NCBI GenBank assembly: GCA_963754925.1
Contig: CAVWHX010000004.1
Span: 128,001 to 192,000 of the forward strand
DNA length: 64,000 nucleotides
Origin: an uncultured delta proteobacterium
GTDB lineage: Bacteria; Myxococcota; B64-G9
Direction of reading: 5' to 3'
Each line of letters starts with the position of its first letter. The stretch's first letter is position 1. Both the position numbers and the translations under genes were made by a program. Below are positions 52,909 to 64,000 of this stretch, one piece after another. The notes beneath the pieces are model-generated. The model was not told the DNA's origin, searched no databases, and saw nothing but the letters and a program-made list of their open reading frames with translations.

Positions 52909-54409
52909 ATGAGCGAATTTACCGACTACGACAGCTATGATGCGATTGGTATGGCCGACCTGGTGCGCAGGAAAGAAATATACGCTGCCGATCTCTGTGA
53001 AAAAGCCATCAACCGCATAGAAGAAAGAAATCCTCTCATCAACGCCGTCGTCACCAAAATGTACGATCAGGCCCGAAAAAGTATTGATGACAATCTTCCC
53101 GACGGTCCCTTCAAAGGCGTGCCGTTTCTCCTCAAAGATCTTGGTCAGCCGTATGCGGGCGTTCCGATGACGAAAGGATGCAGGGGCTATCAAAATTATA
53201 TACCGGAACAAGACAGTGAGTTAGTGCGCCGATTTAAAAATGCCGGACTCGTTATTCTCGGGAAGACAAACACTCCTGAGTTTGGACTCTTGGGTATTAC
53301 CGAGCCGGAATTGCACGGTCCTACCCGGAATCCATGGAATACCGAGCATACACCGGGTGGCTCAAGCGGCGGTTCCGCCGCCGCCGTTGCCAGTGGTATG
53401 GTTCCGGTCGCGTCCGCCAATGACGGTGGAGGTTCGATCAGGATACCCGCTTCGTACTGCGGTATATTTGGTTTGAAACCTTCGCGCGGCCGCGTCCCTA
53501 CCGGACCGGAATCAGGAGAGTCATGGCAGGGCGCCTCTGTTGATCATGTCGTTAGCAAATCGGTACGAGACAGCGCCGCAATGCTCGATGCGATTCAAGG
53601 GGTGGACGTGGGAGCTCCTTATACCATAACGCCACCCGAGAGACCCTATCGACAAGAAGTAGAAAAAATCGCCCGGCAAGCTGCGAATAGCATTTTGCAG
53701 CACATCACCGCTTCGGACAGCGGTTCATCCTGAATGTGAAAAAGCCGTACAAGAAACCGCAAAACTACTTCAAGAATTAGGTCATTTAGTAGAAGAGGAT
53801 GAGCCGAGTATCGATGGCATCGAGCTCGCGAAGAGTTTTTTTATGATGTACTTCGGTGAGATGGCCGCTGACTTGGATGAATTACAAATATACCTAAAGC
53901 GCAGATTGAAAAACGATGACACCGAAATTTTAACGCGCATACTGGCGTTAATGGGCAACGCGTATACTGCCGGTGAGTTCGTACGATCCATGCGCTGGTG
54001 GAACACGATATCCCGATCGACCGGGGCATTTTTTCAGCGGTATGATGTGTACCTTACACCTACCGTCGCATCGCCGCCGGTGGAAATAGGAGAATTCCAG
54101 CCACCGGCTCTCCTCGTCTTTTTGATGAAAATCCTCACTACGTTGCGGATGGGAAAGACTATCAAAGCAACCGGTGTTGTGGAAAAGGGCTCTATCGAAT
54201 CCCTGGCCAAAACGCCGTTCACCCAGCTCGCCAATATCACCGGCCAGCCGGCGATGTCCGTTCCGCTCCACTGGACGGCTGAAGGCCTTCCCTGCGGCGT
54301 TCAACTTATCGGTCGTTTCGGGGATGAAGCCACGCTCTTTCGCCTAGCGGCACAATTAGAAAAAGCAAGGCCCTGGTTCAACAAACGGCCGATTATTCAA
54401 GCACCCTAG
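52909..54409 (+). CDS. Amidase signature family protein, frameshift at A6 53663-53668
   Basis: [36 protein letters not shown]-terminal [11 protein letters not shown] and GLPCGVQ in ORF 53843..54409. Confidence 0.93.
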
Positions 54410-54507
54410 GAATCGGGTACCGGGCTTCTTTCCCCTCTTTCGTTGTTTGACTACGCCATTGATAGTGGGGTATTTAGAGACTGAGTTTAACGTTAACTCG
54501 GAGCCGC

Positions 54508-55614
54508 TTGGTGAGTTATAAACGTATCGTCATCAAATTGGGTACCTCCACCCTGACGGGCAAGACACCGCACCTGGCGCCGCCGCGCCTGGTCGAAATT
54601 GCCCGGCAGGTGGCCGCGCTTCATGCCAAGGGATACGAAATCGTCCTGGTTTCTTCCGGCGCCATGGCGGCCGGGCGCGGGCGATTGAACATTCCTCAGT
54701 TGCCCAAGGAAGTTCCGGCCAAGCAAATGCTGGCCGCCATTGGCCAGCCTCTGCTCATGGGCCTGTACCAGGATATCTTCGGGTTATACGATCTGACCAT
54801 TGCTCAGGTGCTGCTCACCCGCGACGACCTCACCGACCGAAGCCGGTACCTCAATTCGCGTAACACCCTGACCGCGCTCCTTACGCACGAAATAATTTCG
54901 ATCATTAACGAAAACGATACGGTTGCCACCGACGAAATCCGTGTTGGCGACAACGATACCCTTTCCGCATTGGTGGCGAATTTAATTGATGCCAACCTGT
55001 TGGTGTTGCTGACCGATCAGGCCGGCTTGTTTACGGCCGATCCAAATTTGGATTCCACTGCCAAACTGGTAACCGACGTAACCGAGCCAGAAATTCCGGA
55101 AGCTCTCTGGCAAGCGGCCGGCGGCACCAGCAACGGCCTCGGCACCGGTGGAATGGTGACCAAGCTCCAAGCAGCCGACCTGGCAAGACGATCGGGGACA
55201 ACCGTGATCATTGCCAAGGGTTCAGAGTCCGATGTGCTGACGAGGCTCGTTGCTGGTGAAAAAATTGGAACCTGCTTTTCGCCGCTCGTTTCCGCTCTGG
55301 AAAGCCGTAAACGGTATATTCTCGCCGGGCGGGCGTCGGGCGTCGTTCGCATAGATGAGGGAGCCGTTGCCGCGCTGCAGCGCGGCGGCAGCTTGCTGCC
55401 GGTCGGGGTCATTGCCGTTACCGGAACCTATGAGCGGGGCGACACCATCGAGGTGGCAAACGCTGCAGGGCGCGAGATCGCGCGCGGCCTTGCCAACTAC
55501 AGCTCGGGTGAATTGTCGCGAATTCGGGGTCGCCAGTCGTCTGAGATCGAAGGCATCCTTGGCTACGATTACGGCGATGAGGTACTGCATCGCAATGACC
55601 TCGTGTTGTTGTGA
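54508..55614 (+). CDS. proB: Glutamate 5-kinase with PUA domain
   Basis: [38 protein letters not shown]. Confidence 0.97.
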   Translation: MVSYKRIVIKLGTSTLTGKTPHLAPPRLVEIARQVAALHAKGYEIVLVSSGAMAAGRGRLNIPQLPKEVPAKQMLAAIGQPLLMGLYQDIFGLYDLTIAQVLLTRDDLTDRSRYLNSRNTLTALLTHEIISIINENDTVATDEIRVGDNDTLSALVANLIDANLLVLLTDQAGLFTADPNLDSTAKLVTDVTEPEIPEALWQAAGGTSNGLGTGGMVTKLQAADLARRSGTTVIIAKGSESDVLTRLVAGEKIGTCFSPLVSALESRKRYILAGRASGVVRIDEGAVAALQRGGSLLPVGVIAVTGTYERGDTIEVANAAGREIARGLANYSSGELSRIRGRQSSEIEGILGYDYGDEVLHRNDLVLL

Positions 55615-56882
55615 GCGCGGAGGAAGCTATGGAGATGAAAGAAATGGGCCAACGGGCACGCGCCGCCGCGCGCCTGTTAGCGCATGCCGCGAGCGATCAA
55701 AAGGATACTGCCTTACGCGCCGTCGCCTCTCGCCTGGTATCCGAACGAGTTGAGATTCTCGCGGCAAACGCACGCGATATCGCCGACGCCCGCGCCGCGC
55801 AGATAGCGCCCGCGTTGTTGGACCGCTTAATCCTCAATGAATCGCGATTGGCAAGCATCGCCGCCGATCTCAAGACGGTAACCGCGTTGCCCGATCCGAT
55901 CGGGGAGGTATTCGACGCCACCACCATGCCGAACGGATTGGCAATTCATAAACAGCGGGTGCCCATAGGCGTTATCGGCGTGATATACGAAGCGCGTCCG
56001 AACGTAACCGTGGATGTGGCCGGGCTCGCACTAAAGACCGGCAACGCGGTCATCTTGCGGGGCGGTAGCGAGACCATCAACTCCAACCGCGCGCTGGTCG
56101 ACCTCATCAGGCGCGTGTTGACCGCAAACCAGCTGCCGCCCGACGCGGTTCAGTTTGTGGACGATACCGACCGAGCGCGAGTGAACGAGCTTTTGGCGCT
56201 CGATGCATACGTAGACATGATAATTCCCCGCGGGGGAGCGTCCCTGCACCGATTTTGCCGCGATCATAGCCGCATTCCGGTCATCACCGGCGGTATTGGC
56301 ATCTGCCATCTCTTTGTCGATGAATCCGCTGACATCAAAGCCGCGTTGAACGTCATCCATAACGCCAAGGTCCAACGTCCGACGGTATGCAATGCGCTGG
56401 ATACGGCGCTGGTTCATCGTTCGGTGGCCGCCGAATTTCTCCCGCTTTTGGTTGATAGGCTCGGCGCCGACGGCGTCACCTTCCGCGCCGATCCCACGGC
56501 GTTTTCGCTGCTCACCCCGGATCCAAGAATTACGGGCGCCGGTCCCCATGACTTTGACACCGAATGGCTCTCGCTCGTTCTCGGTATTAAGGTCGTCGAT
56601 ACCTTAGACGAGGCCTTGGCCCACATTGCCGCTCATAGTTCAGGCCACTCGGACGGCATTCTCACGAGTAACGACGGCCACGCCGCGCGTTTTGTGAAAG
56701 AGGTGGACTCGGCGGCGGTGTATGTCAACGCAAGCACGCGATTCACCGACGGCGGCCAGTTTGGGCTGGGAGCCGAAGTGGCAATTTCCACCCAACGCTT
56801 GCACGCCCGCGGTCCAATGGGTTTGCGAGAATTAACCACCTACAAGTGGGTCGTCATCGGCGCAGGGCACGTTCGACCATGA
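55611..56882 (+). CDS. proA: Glutamate-5-semialdehyde dehydrogenase
   Basis: [43 protein letters not shown]. Confidence 0.97.
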   Translation: MSAEEAMEMKEMGQRARAAARLLAHAASDQKDTALRAVASRLVSERVEILAANARDIADARAAQIAPALLDRLILNESRLASIAADLKTVTALPDPIGEVFDATTMPNGLAIHKQRVPIGVIGVIYEARPNVTVDVAGLALKTGNAVILRGGSETINSNRALVDLIRRVLTANQLPPDAVQFVDDTDRARVNELLALDAYVDMIIPRGGASLHRFCRDHSRIPVITGGIGICHLFVDESADIKAALNVIHNAKVQRPTVCNALDTALVHRSVAAEFLPLLVDRLGADGVTFRADPTAFSLLTPDPRITGAGPHDFDTEWLSLVLGIKVVDTLDEALAHIAAHSSGHSDGILTSNDGHAARFVKEVDSAAVYVNASTRFTDGGQFGLGAEVAISTQRLHARGPMGLRELTTYKWVVIGAGHVRP

Positions 56883-58195
56883 AACCAGAGCGCTCAACCG
56901 TTAGCTTGCCGTACGGCGACTCCGAACAGACGGCCGAGTTGCCGGACGGCTGGAGCTTGGATCTGATCGCACCGGCCGGTCCGGGGGATTTGCCCGATCC
57001 TGAAGGAGCGTTACGCCAAGCTCTCGATCATCCAATCGGTTCATTGGCACTGGCTGCGCGCCTACCGCGGGCCGGGCGGGTGCTGTTAATGCTTTCTGAT
57101 CACACCCGTAAAGACGGCAAGCGCACGCTGGTGCCGCTTCTGCTGAACTATTGCAAGGAGCAGGGCCTCAGGCCGGAGCAAATCGATATTATGTTTTGTT
57201 TAGGGCTCCATCGGCGTGCGACCGATACCGAAATCGCGGCGGTGCTGCCGGCTGACGTGCTGCGCAGCCACCGGTGGTTTCAGCACGATCCGGACGGCCC
57301 CGTCCGCTCATTGGGAGAAACCTCGCGCCAGACGCCGATTGCCTTCAATGCCCAATTATGGAACTATCAGCTGCTGGTGCCGATCGCCGGCGTGAGTCAC
57401 CACTATTTCGCCGGCTTCGGCGGCGGCAAGAAAATGCTGGCTCCGGGGTCGGCGAGCCGAGCTGCCATCCAGAAATCCCACGAGCTGGTGTTTCGTCCGC
57501 CGGTGGAAGGGGGCGGCCGCCGGCCCGGAGTGGAACCCGGTCGCCTCAAGGGAAACGCGGTCTCCGAGGACTTGGCCGAAGCGGCACGCCGGATCGATAT
57601 ACCGATTTTTTCCCTTTCTCTCATTCGCGGATCAATAGACGGTGCTTTCGCGGAGTTCTGGGCCGGTGATCTCTTTGGCGCCCATCAGGCTGCGTGCCAA
57701 GCGTACCTCGGCTGGCGTTCCTATCCCGTAACCCAGCCCTTTGATCTGGTGTTATCGGCTTCGGGTGGCTACCCCCTGGACGCTAATTTAGTTCAAGCTC
57801 ACAAGGGGCTCGACAACGCTTTTCGATTGGTCGATCGTGAGCGCGGCGCCATCATTCATCTGGCCCAGTGCCGCGACGGCCTGGGTGGCGAAGCTGTGGC
57901 CGAATGGATCGGCGTTCCCACCCTGGCCGCACTTGAGCAGCGTCTGCGCGATCGGTATGTCATCAGTGGCCAAACGGTGTATGCTTTGAAAGAAAAGTCA
58001 ACCGCGATGCCTATCACCCTGGTCAGCGAACTGCCGCAGTCAACGGTGCGGCAACTGGGTATGATCCCGGCCGCAACGCTGTCGGAGGCTCTGGCGCAGG
58101 TAATCCCGTGCCTGCCGGAAAACCACCGAACCGCTTTCTTTCCAGACGCGGGGAGCATATTGCCGGTACGCGGCTCGCCAACACCGCCCTGCTGA
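56879..58195 (+). CDS. LarA family (nickel-pincer nucleotide-dependent) racemase/epimerase homolog
   Basis: [48 protein letters not shown] overlap with proA. Confidence 0.88.
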   Translation: MKPERSTVSLPYGDSEQTAELPDGWSLDLIAPAGPGDLPDPEGALRQALDHPIGSLALAARLPRAGRVLLMLSDHTRKDGKRTLVPLLLNYCKEQGLRPEQIDIMFCLGLHRRATDTEIAAVLPADVLRSHRWFQHDPDGPVRSLGETSRQTPIAFNAQLWNYQLLVPIAGVSHHYFAGFGGGKKMLAPGSASRAAIQKSHELVFRPPVEGGGRRPGVEPGRLKGNAVSEDLAEAARRIDIPIFSLSLIRGSIDGAFAEFWAGDLFGAHQAACQAYLGWRSYPVTQPFDLVLSASGGYPLDANLVQAHKGLDNAFRLVDRERGAIIHLAQCRDGLGGEAVAEWIGVPTLAALEQRLRDRYVISGQTVYALKEKSTAMPITLVSELPQSTVRQLGMIPAATLSEALAQVIPCLPENHRTAFFPDAGSILPVRGSPTPPC

Positions 58196-58257
58196 ACAAA
58201 ACGATCGTTCCCCCACACCGATCGGACCGCCGAACAGGGAGAAGGCCCGGATAGAAG

Positions 58258-60477
58258 TTGGAAAAACAGGTGCCAACAGATTTCATAGGCAGGCCGAAAC
58301 AACCTCAACCGGCGACGTTACGTCTCGACGTGGAGCAGCTGCAATTTCTCATACAGCGCGGCGGCGCGGCGGGCGAACTCCTACCCAACTTCGAGGAGCG
58401 TCCGGAGCAGATTGCCATGCTTGCGGCCGTGGCCGGGGCATTTCTCAACGAGCGCATTCTCCTGGTCGAGGCCGGCACCGGGGTGGGCAAAAGTTTGGCC
58501 TACAGTCTACCGGCCCTGGCCTTCGCCGCGGCTGCTGCCGAACGAGTGGTCATCTCGACCGCCACCATCAATTTGCAGGAGCAGCTCGTCAATAAAGATT
58601 TACCCGTGGTGGCACAGGCTCTCGGCCACGCATTGGCGGTTGTGTTGGTCAAGGGACGGAGCAACTATGTGTGCCGGCGTCGGCTGTCCGAACGATTGCG
58701 CCAAGGAGTGTTGATTGAACTCGGACCCTCCGAGTCCGCATTGCGCGAGCTTGCCTGCTGGGCGGAGCGCAGCGTTGACGGAAGCCGCTCCGATCTGTCT
58801 GTCCCGATCACCGAAGGCCTTTGGGAAGAGCTCTGTTCGGATGCGGACGCCTGCCTCGGTCGCCGGTGCCCGGCTCGCGCTGAATGTTTTTATACCGCGG
58901 CGCGACTGCGGGCCGAAAAGGCCAACATCCTGGTGGTCAACCACCACCTTCTCCTTGCCGATATCGCGCTGCGCCTGAAACGGGATGATTGGCGCACGCG
59001 CGCCGTTCTGCCGCCTTTTCAACGCCTCATACTCGATGAAGCACACGAACTCGAGGACACGGCCTCGAGTTTCTTTGGCTTGCGTCTGACCCGCGTCGGG
59101 TCGTTGCGGTTACTCTCCCGTCTTGTGCCCGCGAAGCGCACGAAGAGCGGTCTTCTCGCCGAGCTCCTGGCCGAGCTTTCTGCATCTGACGCCGTAAGCT
59201 CCGATCGGCTGCTCACGGAGAATGCGCGGGCTATTGAACCCGTGGCCGCAGCCGCGCGCGCCTTGATCGATCACAGCTTTGATGCCCTCGCCGCCTTCGC
59301 CTGGCAGCGCGGCGGTGAAGCGTCGGGTAGTGAAACGCGGGTGCGCTTGGTGCCGGCCATCCTGAATAATCCCGATTGGAGTTCGGTGCACGATCTATTC
59401 CGCCAAGCGGCTGCGGCCTGCTCCAATCTAGCCGATGCAGTCGAACGACTGGTTATTCGCCTGGTCGATTTCACCGAGGAAGACAGCCGCGCCGTTGAGG
59501 CGCGCGCCAATATTCGGCGATTACATGAATTGGCAAAGTCCATCACCACGCTGGTCAACATCGATGATGACGGCTTGGTGCGCTGGGCGGAGGCCGGGCG
59601 ACGGGGACGCGGGTCAGATCGTCTGTTGGCGGCACCCTTGGACGTTTCAGCCGCAGCGAACGAGGCCCTCTTCACATCAATGCGCACCACCATTCTCACC
59701 TCGGCCACGCTTGCAGTCGATGGCTCACTTGAATATCTTCGCCGGCGGCTGGGAGTTAATTTGCAACCGGCCGAGCGAATTCACGAGCTTGTGCTCTCGA
59801 GCCCATTCGATTACCCGCGCCAGGCGGCGCTGCTGCTGCCAACCGACGTGCCCGGTCCCGACCAGGAAGGGTACGAACAGATCCTACCCGAGATGATATA
59901 CCAACTCGCCGCCGGGAGCGGTGGGCGTGCGCTGGTGCTCTTTACCTCGTGGGCATGGATGCAGCAGGCGCATGAGATCATCAAGCCCCGGCTATTGGCG
60001 CTCGGCATCAATACCCTTTGTCAGGGCGACGAGCCGCGCGATCGATTGTTACGGCGCTTTCGCGAAGATGAGACGTCGGTTTTGTTTGGCACCGACTCGT
60101 TTTGGCAAGGGGTGGATGTGATAGGATCGGCACTGCGCAACGTCATCATCACCCGCCTGCCCTTCGATGTTCCCAACGAGCCGCTGCTCGAGGCGCGCCA
60201 GGAGGCCTGCGCGGCAGCCGGCGGCAGACCATTCTTCGATCTCATGCTGCCGCGGGCGGTGCTCAAGCTCAAACAGGGATTCGGCCGACTGATTCGCTCC
60301 CATAACGACTTCGGGATCGTGGCAATCCTCGACAGCCGCATCGCCGCGCGCGGGTACGGACAGATTTTTTTACGTAGCCTGCCGCCCGCTCAGATAGTTG
60401 CCGACAGTCAACAAGTTCTCTTCGAGCGACTTACTGATTTCTTTGCCGAGCATAACGAACGCTCGTGCGGATGCTAG
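58258..60477 (+). CDS. DinG/YoaA family Fe-S DNA helicase
   Basis: EAGTGVGKS, KGRSNYVC, CLGRRC..C, VNHHL, DEAH, TSATL, SFWQGVD, RLPF, QGFGRLIR. Confidence 0.95.
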   Translation: MEKQVPTDFIGRPKQPQPATLRLDVEQLQFLIQRGGAAGELLPNFEERPEQIAMLAAVAGAFLNERILLVEAGTGVGKSLAYSLPALAFAAAAAERVVISTATINLQEQLVNKDLPVVAQALGHALAVVLVKGRSNYVCRRRLSERLRQGVLIELGPSESALRELACWAERSVDGSRSDLSVPITEGLWEELCSDADACLGRRCPARAECFYTAARLRAEKANILVVNHHLLLADIALRLKRDDWRTRAVLPPFQRLILDEAHELEDTASSFFGLRLTRVGSLRLLSRLVPAKRTKSGLLAELLAELSASDAVSSDRLLTENARAIEPVAAAARALIDHSFDALAAFAWQRGGEASGSETRVRLVPAILNNPDWSSVHDLFRQAAAACSNLADAVERLVIRLVDFTEEDSRAVEARANIRRLHELAKSITTLVNIDDDGLVRWAEAGRRGRGSDRLLAAPLDVSAAANEALFTSMRTTILTSATLAVDGSLEYLRRRLGVNLQPAERIHELVLSSPFDYPRQAALLLPTDVPGPDQEGYEQILPEMIYQLAAGSGGRALVLFTSWAWMQQAHEIIKPRLLALGINTLCQGDEPRDRLLRRFREDETSVLFGTDSFWQGVDVIGSALRNVIITRLPFDVPNEPLLEARQEACAAAGGRPFFDLMLPRAVLKLKQGFGRLIRSHNDFGIVAILDSRIAARGYGQIFLRSLPPAQIVADSQQVLFERLTDFFAEHNERSCGC

Positions 60478-60988
60478 CTCTGCCTGGACAAACACTTGAA
60501 GTTGGTACATCTGGATGGTCTTGAACCCTTTGCGCAGCTGGGTGAGAGCTTCAGACACCTTTTTGGTGCGTTCGTCCTTGGGTGATTCGAGGTCTGAATG
60601 CTGACGCGGATGGATGTCCATTGAGGTCCCCTCGTTCATAAGCTCAATCGACCTAAACCGGGCAACAAGTTTATTAAGATCATACTATGTGGCTAATAGG
60701 TCAACAGAATTTCTGGAAAAGGTGGTAAGAATTCGAAGCGCAAGGGATAGCTCCCAGCCATTCGAACGAAGTGAGAGGGGCTAAGAAGCCTCTTGCGGAC
60801 CATCGGAGAATTCATTATGGTACGGTCAGCAAGGCAATAAAAGAGTAAGGGAAACTGACAGTTCAAGGCCCAAAAAAATTTTACTTGGATAGAAGTGAAC
60901 TAATGATCAAATTTCAGGCGGTCATGCCTCTGTCTGCGAGTCACCTGAAGAGCGGATAGATGTCTTTAGTGGAGAGTAAATAGTCGGA

Positions 60989-61729
60989 ATGAATTGTATG
61001 GTAACAGGTGTGTCTCGTGGTATCGGGCGCTCGACAATTGCCGAGTTGATGCGGCAGGGACATTCCGTGTGGGGAGTCTCGCGCACCGCAGTCCCCGACC
61101 TTATCGAGGAAGAACAAGGACGATTCCGCCATTCCCTTTGCGATGTTGGTAATTCGGAAAGCCGCAGGCGCGCGGCCGAGGAGATGGATGCCGCCGGGTT
61201 TTGGCCGGATGCCGTCATCTTAAACGCGGCGGTCGAATACGAAGAAGAGAAGACCGCGCTTTCCTGGGAGAAAATGCAGGAGGTGCTACGGATCAATGTG
61301 GAGGGGGCATTGTTCTGGATTTCCCATTGGATGGATCGTCATTCGAGGCGTTCCATGCAGTTCGTGGGGGTTTCCTCCTTGCTAGCCCTTTGGCCGGATG
61401 CCGATTGCCCCGCTTATAGTGCAAGCAAGGCGGCGCTATCCATGGCATTCCGCGCCCTTCGCTTGCGCCATGCTGAGGGACCCGTCGCCTTCAAGCTGTT
61501 GTACCTGGGCCCCGTTCAAACCTCAATCAATCCACGCTTTGCTTCAAAAGGTTTCCCCGGTAGGGGCGTGGCGAAGCCGGAAGCGGTGGCTCGATACATC
61601 GCAAACATCGTTCTTTCCACAGGGCGCTTCACCTTCTATTTTCCTTCAACAATAGGGCTGCTGTGTCGATTCGGCGGTTGGATGCCGGATTCGCTTTTTG
61701 AGTGCGCCACCCGTCCGTTGCGCAGGTAA
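60989..61729 (+). CDS. SDR family oxidoreductase
   Basis: VTGVSRGIG, LNAA, VSS, YSASK. Confidence 0.85.
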   Translation: MNCMVTGVSRGIGRSTIAELMRQGHSVWGVSRTAVPDLIEEEQGRFRHSLCDVGNSESRRRAAEEMDAAGFWPDAVILNAAVEYEEEKTALSWEKMQEVLRINVEGALFWISHWMDRHSRRSMQFVGVSSLLALWPDADCPAYSASKAALSMAFRALRLRHAEGPVAFKLLYLGPVQTSINPRFASKGFPGRGVAKPEAVARYIANIVLSTGRFTFYFPSTIGLLCRFGGWMPDSLFECATRPLRR

Positions 61730-61737
61730 AAGCGACC

Positions 61738-62463
61738 ATGAGCGAAGAAACAAAAGTTCCGGAACTGTCCGTCGTGATTCTGTGCTACCATACCGCAGAT
61801 ATCGTGCGCGATTTGGTGTCCCAGGTGGAGCTGGAGCTGGAAGAAGCCAAAATTGACTATGAGTTGGTCTTGGTCGGCAACTATCTGCCTGGCGACACTA
61901 AGGATCAGACACCGGCGGTATTGAAGGCACTGGCTGCGAACAAGCCTCGCTTCACGGTGGTGGTCAAGGAAAAAGAGGGCATGATGGGCTGGGACATGCG
62001 CTCCGGTCTGGATGCCGCCACCGGACGGCATATCGCAGTGATCGACGGTGACGGACAAATGCCGATGAGCGATGTCATCAAGGTCTATCGCGTCCTGCAG
62101 GTAGGCAAGTACGATTTGGTCAAGACGTTCCGTGCACAGAGACATGATGGGTGGTATCGATGGACGATTTCCGGCATCTACAATTTTCTGTTTCGCTTGT
62201 TGTATCCTGCGGCCTATGTTTTCCGTGATATCAATTCCAAACCCAAAGTGATGACGCGCGATGCCTATCAGCGTATGCATCTTGTGTCGAACGACTGGTT
62301 CACGGATGCGGAAATCATGATTGAGGCGCTGCGGCGCGATCTTTCTGTTGGAGAGGTGTCTACCGTGTTCTACAAGAATGAGCGGAGGGGAACCTTTGTG
62401 CGCTTCTCAGCAATTTACGAATTCTTAAGTAATCTGATCTATTATCGCTTTATCAAGAAGTAA
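61738..62463 (+). CDS. GT2 glycosyltransferase (DPM1/GtrB-like)
   Basis: ELSVVILCY, VIDGDGQ, RHDGWYR, DINSKPK, DAEIMI. Confidence 0.88.
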   Translation: MSEETKVPELSVVILCYHTADIVRDLVSQVELELEEAKIDYELVLVGNYLPGDTKDQTPAVLKALAANKPRFTVVVKEKEGMMGWDMRSGLDAATGRHIAVIDGDGQMPMSDVIKVYRVLQVGKYDLVKTFRAQRHDGWYRWTISGIYNFLFRLLYPAAYVFRDINSKPKVMTRDAYQRMHLVSNDWFTDAEIMIEALRRDLSVGEVSTVFYKNERRGTFVRFSAIYEFLSNLIYYRFIKK

Positions 62464-62551
62464 CCGTGGCGGATTCAAGCCGGAGCGTAACGAGGGGGTT
62501 ACGATGAATCTGCGGTTGATTATAAACTAATAAAATTTTTTTGGGCGATAT

Positions 62552-62980
62552 ATGGCTTTTCTGTCGAAGATAGTAAAATCAAAATATTATCTTTTGATGC
62601 GTGTTAATGACGGAAGATTGATGCTCGTTGCCTCTCTTGCGGCTATACTAATTGTAAATTTTCATCTTCTTTTTGCATTTTTTTGGAGGGATGATTTTCT
62701 CCATTTCTATCAGATTTCCAACTGGAATCCTCTTGATTTTATTTTTGCTTCGTATGGCGGCCATCTTTTTATCTTCCGAAATCTGATATTCTGTTGTATG
62801 TTTAAACTGTTTGGTGTGAATTCAGTAGTATATTTCTCGACAGTTCTGCTGACACATTTAGGCGGCGCATACATTCTGTATAATATAATTTATCTTTTAA
62901 CAAACAAACCACCAATAGCTGCTGCAGGCACGATGATTTGGGGTATCTGCCCTGTTAACTATGCAATTCTGGCATGGTAT
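62552..62980 (+). pseudogene. Polytopic membrane protein (possible GT-C glycosyltransferase) interrupted by an IS
   Basis: AT-rich; FFWRDDF loop after the first helix, then hydrophobic segments; reading runs into IS sequence after AILAWY. Confidence 0.6.
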
Positions 62981-63051
62981 CCTGCCCCCCATTTGAAATT
63001 GGGTTGAGCTAAGAGAGTATTTGTGGCTGCATGGACCAAGGAGAGCAGCCA

Positions 63052-63324
63052 ATGAAACGAAAGAATTGGACCTCGGAAAAGAAAGCCCTTGTCGTCCTCG
63101 AAGGCCTTCGAGGACGACAAATCGCCGAATTGTGCAGCGAGCACGGCATTTCTCAGTCTCAGTACTATCAATGGCGGGATCAATTTTTACACAACGCCGC
63201 CCGCGCGTTTGAGACAGAGAAAACAGACGAAAAGACCGCACGGTTGAAAAACGAAAATGCCCGCCTGAAAGCCATGGTGGGTGAGCTGACCATGGAGCTA
63301 AAAAAAAGCGAGGAGTGGGAATGA
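63052..63324 (+). CDS. IS3-family OrfA (HTH + leucine zipper)
   Basis: WTSEKKALVVLEGL, ELCSEHGISQSQYYQWR, ENARLKAMVGEL, ELKK. Confidence 0.92.
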   Translation: MKRKNWTSEKKALVVLEGLRGRQIAELCSEHGISQSQYYQWRDQFLHNAARAFETEKTDEKTARLKNENARLKAMVGELTMELKKSEEWE

Positions 63325-64000
63325 GCCGCGGACCCTACCAAAAGGTGAACCGGCGTAACGCTCCCGTGGTTCGCCGGATTCGTACGATAAAGGCCGACCA
63401 TCCTTTTTGGGGGTATCGTCGGGTCTGGGCCCATTTGAAATACATCGATGGATTCGAGATTAACCAGAAGCGTGTTCATCGGTTGATGAAAGAGCACAAA
63501 CTTCTGGTAATGCCCAATCTGAAACTGAAAGCAACGCGACGAGCACATACCAGCAAACCGCGCCCTGTTCGGTGCAACCAATGGTGGGGCATCGATATGA
63601 CCAAGGTCATGATCGATGGATTTGGTTGGGTCTATGTGGTTATTGTCCTCGACTGGTATTCCAAGAAGGTCACGGGGCATTATGCGGGAGTTCAGTCGAA
63701 GGCCTGGCATTGGCTGGCGGCATTGAACCAGGGCGTGAATCGGCAATTTCCTGATGGAGTTCGGGGACATGAACTGCATTTGATGTCTGACAATGGCTGT
63801 CAACCCACCTCGGTGGGGTTTATGGAAGCATGTGCTGTCATGGGAATCAGACAATCATTTACGAGTTATAACAACCCCAAAGGCAACGCCGATACGGAAC
63901 GGTTCATGCGGACGCTGAAGGAGGAACTGGTATGGCTTCGTGAGTGGAAGAGTCCAAGCGTTTTCTTTGAAGCCTTGAATTCCTGGCTTGATGAATACAA
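63321..64000 (+). CDS. IS3-family OrfB transposase (partial)
   Basis: Manual translation: WGYRR, KRVHRLM, NQWWGIDMT, LDWYSK, SDNGCQ, NADTERFMRTLKEE (DDE triad). Confidence 0.92.
   Translation, partial: MSRGPYQKVNRRNAPVVRRIRTIKADHPFWGYRRVWAHLKYIDGFEINQKRVHRLMKEHKLLVMPNLKLKATRRAHTSKPRPVRCNQWWGIDMTKVMIDGFGWVYVVIVLDWYSKKVTGHYAGVQSKAWHWLAALNQGVNRQFPDGVRGHELHLMSDNGCQPTSVGFMEACAVMGIRQSFTSYNNPKGNADTERFMRTLKEELVWLREWKSPSVFFEALNSWLDEY

Larger units (their letters stand above)
62978..64000 (+). mobile_element. IS3-family insertion sequence (left end approximate, right end outside the window)
   Basis: orfA HTH plus orfB DDE integrase-core, with an A8G slippery site at 63300-63308. Confidence 0.9.

Noticed and set aside
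58258..60477. DinG as part of a type IV CRISPR or other defence system
   Set aside because: Full-length Fe-S YoaA/DinG type in a housekeeping context, with no cas genes or array.
60749..60800. Third REP-like hairpin (AGCTCCC...GAACGAAGTGAGAGGGGCT)
   Set aside because: Weak pairing and only one copy in the window.

Overview
A mixed chromosomal window, most likely from an anaerobe-associated deltaproteobacterium/Myxococcota-type genome (inferred from protein families, not established). Housekeeping genes (glyA, rseP, tsaB, ftsY, smc, thiGHSE, trpB2, ald, hcp, proBA, a DinG-family helicase) are interleaved with fatty-acid catabolism genes, a MarR-TolC-MFP-RND efflux operon, secreted lipoproteins, two REP-like palindromic elements and an IS3-family element that interrupts a glycosylation locus at the right edge. 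Seven genes carry nine single-base frameshifts, mostly in homopolymers, which points to long-read consensus error. I see no CRISPR array, rRNA or tRNA. The best candidates for under-described biology are: (1) a two-gene operon pairing a zinc-ribbon GNAT acyltransferase with an internally duplicated, half-degenerate pyruvoyl-dependent (AdoMetDC/SpeD-like) decarboxylase (21877-23494); (2) an AT-rich three-gene island of DUF488 + DUF488 + dual-OB protein (30162-31873), a predicted nucleic-acid repair/conflict module; (3) an unassigned ~130-nt structured intergenic element whose closing stem differs from a perfect palindrome only by G-U pairs (25147-25278); (4) a sigma54-driven pair of paralogous Cys-rich membrane lipoproteins (37271-38495). 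All family calls come from reading motifs by eye; no searches were run.
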